Virus record (IMG/VR): IMGVR_UViG_3300035102_000318
Coordinates: 1 to 39,913 of that record
Origin: a virus
Lineage: Duplodnaviria > Caudoviricetes
Length of the DNA stretch: 39,913 bases
Strand: one strand, 5' to 3'
Shown: in pieces, positions 1-7,700 of the stretch
Layout: each line of letters starts with the position of its first letter
How positions within the stretch are numbered: the first letter of the stretch is position 1
Position numbers and translations under genes: made by a program
The notes under the pieces: model-generated
The model's input: the letters and a program-made list of their open reading frames with translations, nothing else
What the model was told of the DNA's origin: nothing
The model's database searches: none

Positions 1-2
1 AC

Positions 3-127
3 GACGAGGGGTTCCGCAACCATCTGGACAAGATCGACAGCCTGAACGTCTACTCCTACGACACCGGCGCGAGCGTGCCCCTGTCCCAGGTGGCCACCAC
101 CCGACTCGACTGGCAGCCGTCCGACAT
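3..127 (+). pseudogene. Host gene truncated by the prophage, probably an RND (AcrB/AcrD/AcrF) efflux permease
   Basis: Frame 3 reads DEGFRNHLDKIDSLNVYSYDTGASVPLSQVATTRLDWQPSDI with host-like codon usage. This resembles the 'G..VPL.QVA' segment of RND permeases. The frame runs into the phage end at 128 and stops soon after. Confidence 0.6.
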
Positions 128-195
128 TGTAAGCTGTCACACCATTTGAGAAATCTTTTCGTTTAAAATGAGAAAGCCAGCCGCCGTGTTCTCGG
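128..195 (+). repeat. Prophage end (attR equivalent) with putative transposase binding sites
   Basis: TGTA terminus. TGAGAAA at 147-153 and 169-175 (22-bp spacing). A degenerate inverted copy GTTCTCG at 188-194. Confidence 0.8.
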
Positions 196-245
196 GGCTG
201 GCTTGTCTTTTGCTACGCGCGTGGGTGCGGGCGCGTTGATCCGCC

Positions 246-1016
246 CTAGTAGTTCCTGATGAAGAGCTCCTTGCAGCCCGTCTTGTTGACCTTGCCGGTC
301 GTGTACGTTGTTGTGGTTGATGTTGTGTTGAAATCTTTAAATATATCACGCACTTGCTTTGTGTCGTTTATGGACAGCAGGAACCGCCCCTGGATGGTGT
401 GGAGCTGGTTGGCCAGGAAAGCGAAGTCTTCGTGGGCGAAGATGCCCTTGCCGTAGTGGTCCTCGCAGCCGTCATAAGGCGGGTCGATGTAGAAGAACGT
501 CCTGGGCCGGTCATACCGGGCTATGACGTCGGCGAACGGGAGGTTCTCTATGAATACGTCGGCCAGGCGCCAGTGGGCCTGCAGGAGGTCGTCCTGGAGG
601 CGGGCCAGGTTGAACATGGGGCGCTTGGTTGTCGCGTACCCATAGGTCGGCTTCACGATCCGCCCGCCGAACCCTGCCTTGAGGAGGTAGAAGAACCTGG
701 CAGAGCGCTGTACATCGGTGAGGTGTTGCGGGTCCAGGTCCTTCTGTTTTTGGAACTCGGACCGGCTGCTCAGTATCCACTCGAGCTCCTCAACCAACGC
801 TTTCAGGTGGTACTTCACAACCCTGAAGAACGAGACCAGATCCCCGTTTATGTCGTTGATCACTTCCGACCGGGAGAGCGCCGGGTCCTTCCGGAACAGC
901 ACCCAGGCAGCTCCGGCGAAGGGCTCACAGTAGCAATCGTGTTCCGGAATCTGCGGTTCGATCTGCTTGTACAGTTTGCTCTTGCCGCCTTTCCAGCCTG
1001 ATAGAGGGCTTTTCAT
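246..1016 (-). CDS. DNA adenine methyltransferase (Dam/D12 class), at the Mu mom position
   Basis: Motifs W.GGK, EPFAG (SAM binding), NDIN and DPPY (catalytic). ATG at 1016 is preceded by AAGGA. Confidence 0.92.
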   Translation of the reverse strand: MKSPLSGWKGGKSKLYKQIEPQIPEHDCYCEPFAGAAWVLFRKDPALSRSEVINDINGDLVSFFRVVKYHLKALVEELEWILSSRSEFQKQKDLDPQHLTDVQRSARFFYLLKAGFGGRIVKPTYGYATTKRPMFNLARLQDDLLQAHWRLADVFIENLPFADVIARYDRPRTFFYIDPPYDGCEDHYGKGIFAHEDFAFLANQLHTIQGRFLLSINDTKQVRDIFKDFNTTSTTTTYTTGKVNKTGCKELFIRNY

Positions 1017-1026
1017 CTTTTGATCC

Positions 1027-1055
1027 TTTACGGTTAAGCCTACAGCCTGTAGTGT
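1027..1055 (+). promoter_or_regulatory. Putative sigma70 promoter, antisense to the methylase leader
   Basis: TTTACG (1027-1032), 17 bp spacer, TAGTGT (1050-1055), directly upstream of a structured segment. Confidence 0.5.
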
Positions 1056-1061
1056 TCTGCC

Positions 1062-1160
1062 ACCCAACGCGTTGGGGCATGGAGCAGCTGGCTTCGGCTG
1101 GTGGTGCGGTATGTCAGTACCGCGCCAGTGGGGGTGCGGCTACACCCCCGCCTGTTCCTC
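1062..1160 (+). ncRNA. Candidate cloverleaf (four-way junction) small RNA
   Basis: Closing stem GGAGCAG/CTGTTCC, a cUUCGg hairpin, a 10-bp stem TGGTGCGGTA/TACCGCGCCA and a 7-bp stem GGGGGTG/CACCCCC. The G-U pairs work only on the + strand. Confidence 0.6.
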
Positions 1161-1218
1161 TTGTAGCGGCCCGCCGGAGTAACCCGGTGGGTCGTTGTCT
1201 GTTTCCTTGCCTATTCGA

Positions 1219-1230
1219 TTGTCAAAGAGC
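1219..1230 (-). promoter_or_regulatory. boxA-like antitermination element
   Basis: GCTCTTTGACAA on the minus strand, just after the stop of the last structural gene. One mismatch to boxA GCTCTTTAACAA. Confidence 0.4.
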
Positions 1231-1234
1231 CGGT

Positions 1235-1552
1235 TTAGAACGACGTGGCGTCGATCATGACGTCCTCTGCGATGATGGGTGACGGGCGCCCCGTTGTGTC
1301 CACCACCCAGCACTCGCAAAACCAGCGACCGGCGCGGTTGAGCTGCTCCCAGTCCTCGGGGGTCAGTTCGAAGTCGATGAGTGTGCCCTGGACAGTGCCG
1401 GTTTTGACCAATCGGGCATCAGCTCCCTTGAAGGTGGCTAGCAGAAAGGTGTAGGTCGCGCCGGTGAGGTCCTCCAACTGGCCGTTGGTCGTGACCGTGA
1501 TCCGGACCCGACGATACTCGCCATGGGTGATTTCAAAAGCATAGGCGTTCAT
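1235..1552 (-). CDS. Putative virion structural protein, BppU N-terminal-like
   Basis: Beta-rich pattern 'DLTGAT..F', 'FELTPED...L...G.W..E'. Last gene of the tail operon. Confidence 0.55.
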   Translation of the reverse strand: MNAYAFEITHGEYRRVRITVTTNGQLEDLTGATYTFLLATFKGADARLVKTGTVQGTLIDFELTPEDWEQLNRAGRWFCECWVVDTTGRPSPIIAEDVMIDATSF

Positions 1553-1561
1553 GGCCGTCCC

Positions 1562-1918
1562 CTATGCCGGGTCGTTGTTCAGGTCGAATTCTCCATCCGT
1601 GATAGTAATGGTGAACTCGTCCGGGGCGGTCCTGGTCGCGCTCAGCGGCTTGTGGAAGAGGAGCACCCCCCCGGTCTCGGCGGAGTAGACCCCGCTATGG
1701 GGCACGGAAACCCCGCCGGGGATGAAGGTCACGGGTTCATTCAGCAGGGGGCGAGCGCCGTTGACGGGGGGACCGTAGGTTGCCTCCTGCCTGGCATAGT
1801 TTCCTCCGGACACCTCGACGCCTCCGGCTGTGGGGTCTCCCGTAAAGTAAGCCAGGAAGAAGGTGGTCAGCCCGTTCAACATCAGCGCTTTGCCTTCGGC
1901 GGTATAGGGCATGGTCAA
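1562..1918 (-). CDS. Putative tail/fibre-associated structural protein
   Basis: 'LA.FTGDP...G.EVSGG.YARQ' pattern typical of small phage tail proteins; RBS AGGAG. Confidence 0.55.
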   Translation of the reverse strand: MTMPYTAEGKALMLNGLTTFFLAYFTGDPTAGGVEVSGGNYARQEATYGPPVNGARPLLNEPVTFIPGGVSVPHSGVYSAETGGVLLFHKPLSATRTAPDEFTITITDGEFDLNNDPA

Positions 1919-1922
1919 ACTC

Positions 1923-2921
1923 CTATTTTTTGATGTTACCAGTTAGCTCTATGACCAGCTGCCGGTCTCCCCGCAGCTGGATATTCAGGTCGCGGTTGCC
2001 CATCAGTTCGAGGACTTGCGCGATTTCCACGGTATCGCCCTCCACAACTAAAGAGACGTCGCCGCCGCCCGAGACAGACAGGACCTCCATGAAACCGAGC
2101 AGAGTCTCAAGCTGGGCATCACCCCCGCCGGACAAGGCCAGGACGTTCTGGAAACCGACCCGAGCGGTTAGTTCGGAGTCGCCGCCGCCGGATATCAACA
2201 GGTTTGCGGTGTAGCCCACACGGTTGGACAAGGCAGCGTCCCCGCTTCCGGAGGCGTTGAGGATATCGGTAAAGCCGAGGCGGGAAGGAAACTCAACATC
2301 CCCGCCACCGGAAATATTGAATGATTCGTTGAAATTGACCGGCTCCAAGCTCCCGCCATCCGTGGCCGACATGCCGGACACCGTGACCGTGTGGTAGGCC
2401 TCGTCATTCCACCGGGCGGCTAGGAACAAGTAGTCGCCATCGGGGCTGATGCCGGTCACGGTGGAACTGCCCACTTCGACGGCCCCGTCCATGACCGTCA
2501 GGGTCAGGGTTTCGGCGGCCGGGTCCCAATCCAGAATCAGCCGACGGGCTGCACCCAGGGTGTGCCAGTCATCGGCAACCGAGCCCCGAACCGTGTACCC
2601 CTCGGTAATACGCCACTGTTGAGCCCCGAAATTAAACTGGACGTATGCGCCAGCGGTATCGGCAACCCCCGAGTTGCCCACGCCGAAATACCACGCGGGG
2701 CCTCCGGTCGAGGCATCCCCCGCATACACATCGATGGCCCAACGGACTGGCCCGGCGTGGTGGTATTTGTACGATCCTCCGGAATATACGGTATGGGAGA
2801 GCCTGCCCGTTGAGCGAACACCCAGTCTCGGGCTGCCGGACAGAATCCATTCGGGGTCGATCTCCTGGAGCTCGGCACCGATGTACCCGGCAAAGTCGAG
2901 GTCGAACAGCACGGCCATCAC
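1923..2921 (-). CDS. Putative tail appendage/receptor-binding protein with five 20-aa SGGGD repeats
   Basis: 332-aa ORF coupled to its neighbours. Aromatic, beta-rich N-terminal domain; C-terminal tandem repeats. Confidence 0.6.
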   Translation of the reverse strand: MMAVLFDLDFAGYIGAELQEIDPEWILSGSPRLGVRSTGRLSHTVYSGGSYKYHHAGPVRWAIDVYAGDASTGGPAWYFGVGNSGVADTAGAYVQFNFGAQQWRITEGYTVRGSVADDWHTLGAARRLILDWDPAAETLTLTVMDGAVEVGSSTVTGISPDGDYLFLAARWNDEAYHTVTVSGMSATDGGSLEPVNFNESFNISGGGDVEFPSRLGFTDILNASGSGDAALSNRVGYTANLLISGGGDSELTARVGFQNVLALSGGGDAQLETLLGFMEVLSVSGGGDVSLVVEGDTVEIAQVLELMGNRDLNIQLRGDRQLVIELTGNIKK

Positions 2922-3118
2922 TCAACCTCCGAAACGCCGTCCACGGCCAGGATGGCCGCATGCTGCTCATCGGTCACGTCGGCCCACACGATCAACGTGT
3001 CCGCCGTGGGACCGGGCGACGATCCCCAGGTGCCGCTGTACACGGCGCACAGGGCGGGCACCCGGTCGGCGTCCGTGTCGGCGCTCTCGGCCACCAGCGG
3101 GGTCAGATATCGGCGCAT
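2918..3118 (-). CDS. Small hypothetical protein (66 aa)
   Basis: ATG at 3118 overlaps the upstream stop (TGATG); GGAGG RBS; stop overlaps the next start. Confidence 0.65.
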   Translation of the reverse strand: MRRYLTPLVAESADTDADRVPALCAVYSGTWGSSPGPTADTLIVWADVTDEQHAAILAVDGVSEVE

Positions 3119-3321
3119 CAACACCACCTCCAAAACGTTGTGCGGCATCGCGGGCAGTACCAATAGAGACTCGTCGGATCAGTCAGCAACTCCCGCCCCC
3201 GGCCCGCCCATCCGCAGGAGCACCGGACGCACGGCAGATACAGCGACAACGACCGGCCGGAGATGGCCGGAACGTCCTGCACGGGGCGGGCGGTGAGCGG
3301 GGCGTCGAGCGGGGGCAGCAT
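3118..3321 (-). CDS. Small Zn-ribbon protein (67 aa)
   Basis: ATG at 3321 after AGGAG. Sequence ...CVRCSCGWAG...YCPRC...; stop is coupled to the next gene. Confidence 0.55.
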   Translation of the reverse strand: MLPPLDAPLTARPVQDVPAISGRSLSLYLPCVRCSCGWAGRGRELLTDPTSLYWYCPRCRTTFWRWC

Positions 3322-3325
3322 GGGG

Positions 3326-3808
3326 CTACTCCTGGGGCTGGAGCGTGGCCAGCTCTGCCCGCAGAGCCTGAACAGCAGATTCGTTTTGGACCAGATACTC
3401 CATATCCTCATCCGTACTCGTCCCGGCGATATGGGCTCGCAACGGACGAACGGCAGCCAAGTCCAGCGCGCGCAGCTCCGTCTGGATGATCCTAGCCCGT
3501 TCAGCATCCAAAACGCTTTGCGGTTTATCAGCCTGGCTCAGAGAGTACCCGTCGCGGATCGGGCCGAGGTAGTCCACCACCCCGGCTGACTCCCAGCCGA
3601 CGTAAACGGTTTGGCCACGATGATCCTCCACGATGGTCCATTGGCCAGTCCCGCCGTCCCACACGGCTGCCTCGCCCTCTGCTGTTACAGGAGGCGGCGC
3701 GGAGGTCGAATGCGCAGGGAGCACAGGCAATTGGGTCAGAGGGTCAAGTCGCGTAGGAGATTGATGTTGAAATTCGCCAGTCTCACGATCAAAATGATAG
3801 ATTTGCAT
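3326..3808 (-). CDS. Tail fibre assembly protein
   Basis: 'IYHFD..TGEF', 'PAHST..PP' and 'W.IVEDHRG.TVY' motifs of the Tfa family; follows the fibre gene. Confidence 0.85.
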   Translation of the reverse strand: MQIYHFDRETGEFQHQSPTRLDPLTQLPVLPAHSTSAPPPVTAEGEAAVWDGGTGQWTIVEDHRGQTVYVGWESAGVVDYLGPIRDGYSLSQADKPQSVLDAERARIIQTELRALDLAAVRPLRAHIAGTSTDEDMEYLVQNESAVQALRAELATLQPQE

Positions 3809-3819
3809 CTTTCGTCTCC

Positions 3820-4767
3820 TTAGTATGCAATAATAGGCAACGCATGAATGTTTTTGGGAAGCGTCTCTGAACCACCGGCATGCCCGGTATACAGGACTGA
3901 AGGCGTGATTGAATTAGAATCAACATCCAGCACGAAACAAGACTGCTGCCCGGCAGAAGTACTCGTCCGGTAATTCAATGCAGCGTGATTGTGGGATTTT
4001 ATGTCGTCATTTTCGTAGGTGCTAACAGTACCTCCATCCGGTACACCTCGCCGGAATCTACCCCGCTGGTCAGGCACATTGAACGTCGTTACGCCGTCTC
4101 CCTCCCCATACGCCGTACCAATTACGGCAAACAAATCGGCATAATCGTCCCTATCGTACTCTGCCCCATCCATAACCAACGCCCATTCAGGCGGATTTTC
4201 GGACGGCCAATCGATCATGGTGCCGGGCGGTGGAGAGCCCTTTACCAAGGCGGCGATAGCCTGAGCCGTCGTAAGCGGCGTCATTATTTTGTTGTTGATC
4301 GTCCCGGCCTCGGATTCCGCCTGACTGGCCACTTTAGCCAGCAGTAGCTGCAACGTCCGGAGCGGGGTCATGAGGGCCGTATTGATGGCCCCTTCCTGGG
4401 CTTGCCCTTCGGAGGCCAGGGCGCGGTTGAAACCGGACAGTTTGCTGATAAGCGGCTCACCGCCGAGGTTCTGCAGGGCCTGGGCCGGGGTAGTCGCCCC
4501 AGTGCCTCCGGAGGACACCGGAACCATGGCCTTATCCGTGCTGGCATCCACCGAGAAGAGGATAATGTCGGCATCCCCGTCCCAGACTTTGAGATACCAG
4601 ATCGGGTCGGTGTTGTTGTCTATCCAGAGTTCACCGGGCTGGACGTCGGAAGGACGGGAATTGCCAAGGCGCGAACCGGCCAGGGCGCGGAGGATGGCCT
4701 CAATCTTCGCCACCAAGGCGCCGCCGCCAAGGGGAGAGCCGGGGATGTCGAGCAATTCTTGGGGCAT
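3820..4767 (-). CDS. Tail fibre protein with collar domain
   Basis: Collar motif 'PPG.MI.W....PP.W.L..DG..Y....Y.DLFAVIGT.YG.GDG.TTFNVPD.RG.F.RG'; end motif 'ET.PKNI'. Confidence 0.9.
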   Translation of the reverse strand: MPQELLDIPGSPLGGGALVAKIEAILRALAGSRLGNSRPSDVQPGELWIDNNTDPIWYLKVWDGDADIILFSVDASTDKAMVPVSSGGTGATTPAQALQNLGGEPLISKLSGFNRALASEGQAQEGAINTALMTPLRTLQLLLAKVASQAESEAGTINNKIMTPLTTAQAIAALVKGSPPPGTMIDWPSENPPEWALVMDGAEYDRDDYADLFAVIGTAYGEGDGVTTFNVPDQRGRFRRGVPDGGTVSTYENDDIKSHNHAALNYRTSTSAGQQSCFVLDVDSNSITPSVLYTGHAGGSETLPKNIHALPIIAY

Positions 4768-4768
4768 A

Positions 4769-7700
4769 TCAATATCCTTGGGCTATAAAGTTTATGGTCC
4801 GTTCGACCGGGAGGCCGTCCACGTTGACCGTTACGTTGAACCCCGACACGGATTCATTCGATACCACCACGTCCTCGCCGCCCTGGGCATTGACCACTTG
4901 GCAGACCACCGTGGGGGTCGCGTTGAAATCGCGGCCGTAGGTTACGTCGAGCCCGTCCGTATCCACGACCAGTCCGCGCCCGGTTTCGTTCCGGTCCGGG
5001 ACGTCCACGGCAATAACCAACCGGGTCAGAACCGGCGAGACCTCCTGGGAGGAGGTGGACAGCCTGATCCGGAAGTCAAACCGCTCGGCGGCGTAGTCCC
5101 CGGGGATGAACCGAGTCCATTCTCCCCAGGCTCCTGACTTGTACAACCGCATCTCGGGCAGCACGGTGATATAGTCGGCGTAGACGCCGTAGATGTTGTC
5201 CACGGCGTAGATGTCGGGGATTTCGTATACGTCGTCATGGGCTCCGTTCGCATAGACGTCGTAATCCATCTGCACGTTGCACAGGTGGGCCGAGGACAGG
5301 GACACGACGTCTCCGGGCGCGATCTGGTAAGTACCACTGTCCACGGGGATGCCGTTCAGCCACAGGTTGCCGTCCTCATTAACGGCCATATCTCCGCTCA
5401 GGGAGCCGGGCCATTCGAGCCCCGATTCATCGAGCACGGCCAGGACGTTGGCCACGGTCACACCACCGTCCACCACGGCCATGGTAGGATTATCGCTGTA
5501 GGCTCCCCCAGCATAAGCGGCAATCATGTAGGTGCCGTCCGCACCACCGACGGGCCGGGATAGTTCGCTGGTTCGGGCGACGAACAGGCCGGTGTTCCAG
5601 CTGGTCCCCTTGCGGATTTCGTAGGACACGGAACGCCAGTCGACAACGGGCTCCCAGCTCAGAACGTTGTCCCGGCCGCTGACGCTCAGTACCACCCCGG
5701 TCACGTCGTTGGGCGGCTGGTTCATGCCGTAGAGGGGCAAACCCAGGACCTCGGTCCACTTGGAGAGTTGGCCGGTGCTTGAGATTGACCGAACCCGGAA
5801 GTCATAGCTCCCGGTCTCGGTGCTTTTGAAGGAAAGCGAATTACCAGAGGCCGTGCCGCCGGACTCCCACAAGCCGCCAGTCGGACGCATCTGGGCTTCG
5901 TAACGGACCACCCTTTCGTCATTGGCGGCATGAACCCAGGAAAGGATGACGCCCGTCCCGAGTGCCTCGCCCGAGCCGTAAAAGAATTCGTCAATGGACA
6001 GGGTGCCGGGCTTGGCCAAGGAGCCCGTCGGCAGGGCCGTTGACGGCGCGGGATCGAACTTGATGCCTTGCTCTACGACCGCGAACTTCTCGGGACGGTG
6101 GATCAAGGCCATGAGCTCGAACTTGTGCTTGTCGGATTCGACGTTACCCACCATGCGGTACAACGGGGTGACCAGGTGCGTGGCGGTCAGCGCCCAAATG
6201 GAATGGACCTGGGGGATATTCGTCAGTGGTTCATCCCAAGTCAGGGTGTCGGTCGTGCCGGGCGCATTGGTCAGGACGCGGTCGACCGAAGTCAGGTCCG
6301 GCTGGGTCAAAGTTACGGTATAGGTCTCGCCCATGTCGATGGTCACCGACCGGTCCAGGGTGACCTGGGTGGCCGAGGCGGCTTTGAGCCGACCTCCGAA
6401 GGGGACGCCCATCTCGACTTGATCGGCCAGGGGGACGACCACGCCGGGAACGGCGTCGGCATAGTCCAGGCCGGACACCCAGGAGGCCACGTCCGTCTCA
6501 TACAACTCGGTCCAGACCTCCCATTTGGCCATGCGCAGGGCCTGGCCACGCGAGGTACAACCGACCAGGACCGAATGCTTCGGATTCCATCCGTACTTGG
6601 CGATGCCCTTCGGGTCCTCGTAAACCACAACCGCCGGACGGTAGTTGTCCGCCGGGTCGTTCCATGTGACGAAAGCCACTGAGTGCCGGGCTTTCCTGGC
6701 CGTGCCTTTGTGCTTGATGATGCCGTGCTCGACATTGGCCGCGCAGACAGGCTCATGCGAGGGGAGCGCCGGGGAATCCTGACTGAAGGCCACGGCACCG
6801 GAGGCCCAGTAACTCATGGCCCGCATGGCCGCCCCCAGCGCGGCGATCACGTCGTAGGCCTCCTCCTGAGTCTGTAGCACTACGTTGAGCGTGAATCGAG
6901 GTTCCTGCCCGCCGTAACCGTCGTCGACCATGCCGTCGTTGTACTGGCTGATCTGATACAGCCCCCATTTGTCCACGCTTGGTATGCCCAGGCCATAGCG
7001 ATCATTGACGATGATATCGCGGACGCACCAGGCCGGATTGTCGGTCCAGGCCTGTTTGAAGGTACCGTCCCATGCGCCGTTGTAGGTCCTGGCCACGGGA
7101 TCGTAGTTGACCGGCACATCGACGATCTTGCCCTTGATCCTGAAGGACACGGTCGGGATGGAACCGCCGAACAATTCGGAGTCCAGCGCCAGACAAATGT
7201 AATGCGTGTAAGGGTAGGTCATCTTGAGGTCGGTGATCTCGGTCAAAGCGGCCCACTTGATCGTATCCTTGATCAACAGGGTATTGGCGTCCTGAGTGAC
7301 CTTGCGGACACGGATGTCCCACGGACCATCCCCGGGCAACTCGATGCGGTAGGCCCGCTCGTAGGCCCCGGAGGCTTTGCCGAATACTGCATCCGTCACG
7401 GCCTCCGTCCATTCGCCGCCGGGCTGGCGGATGTCGATGGCCACATTTACGGTATACGGTCCGATGTTTCCCTGACCGTCCTGTTCGAGCAGGCCCTCAA
7501 AGCGCAGCCGGACGCGGGCGGCGTCCACGTCCGGGCTGGTGATGGTTCGGACCACGGGCGTGGAACTGGAGACCTCCGCCCCGACCTCGACCTCGGACTC
7601 GACGTCCGGGAAGCCCGGTATATATTCCTGATCGGCGGTACCTTTACGCTCCCACCAGGAAACGCCCTCGAAATTATAGCTGCCATCCTCGGCCATAAGC

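Noticed and set aside
295-330. GTT/GTG-rich microsatellite-like tract
   Set aside because: It simply encodes a Thr-rich stretch near the methylase C-terminus.
1081-1158. Cloverleaf as a real tRNA
   Set aside because: No TTC T-loop, no 7-nt anticodon loop, no CCA, and the arm lengths are wrong.
4250-4420. Duplicated 'A...A..G.IN...MTPL' peptide in the fibre
   Set aside because: An ordinary tail-fibre repeat, not a separate element.
1235-4767. Invertible G segment or diversity-generating retroelement at the fibre locus
   Set aside because: No invertase, no reverse transcriptase, and no inverted or duplicated fibre tip seen.
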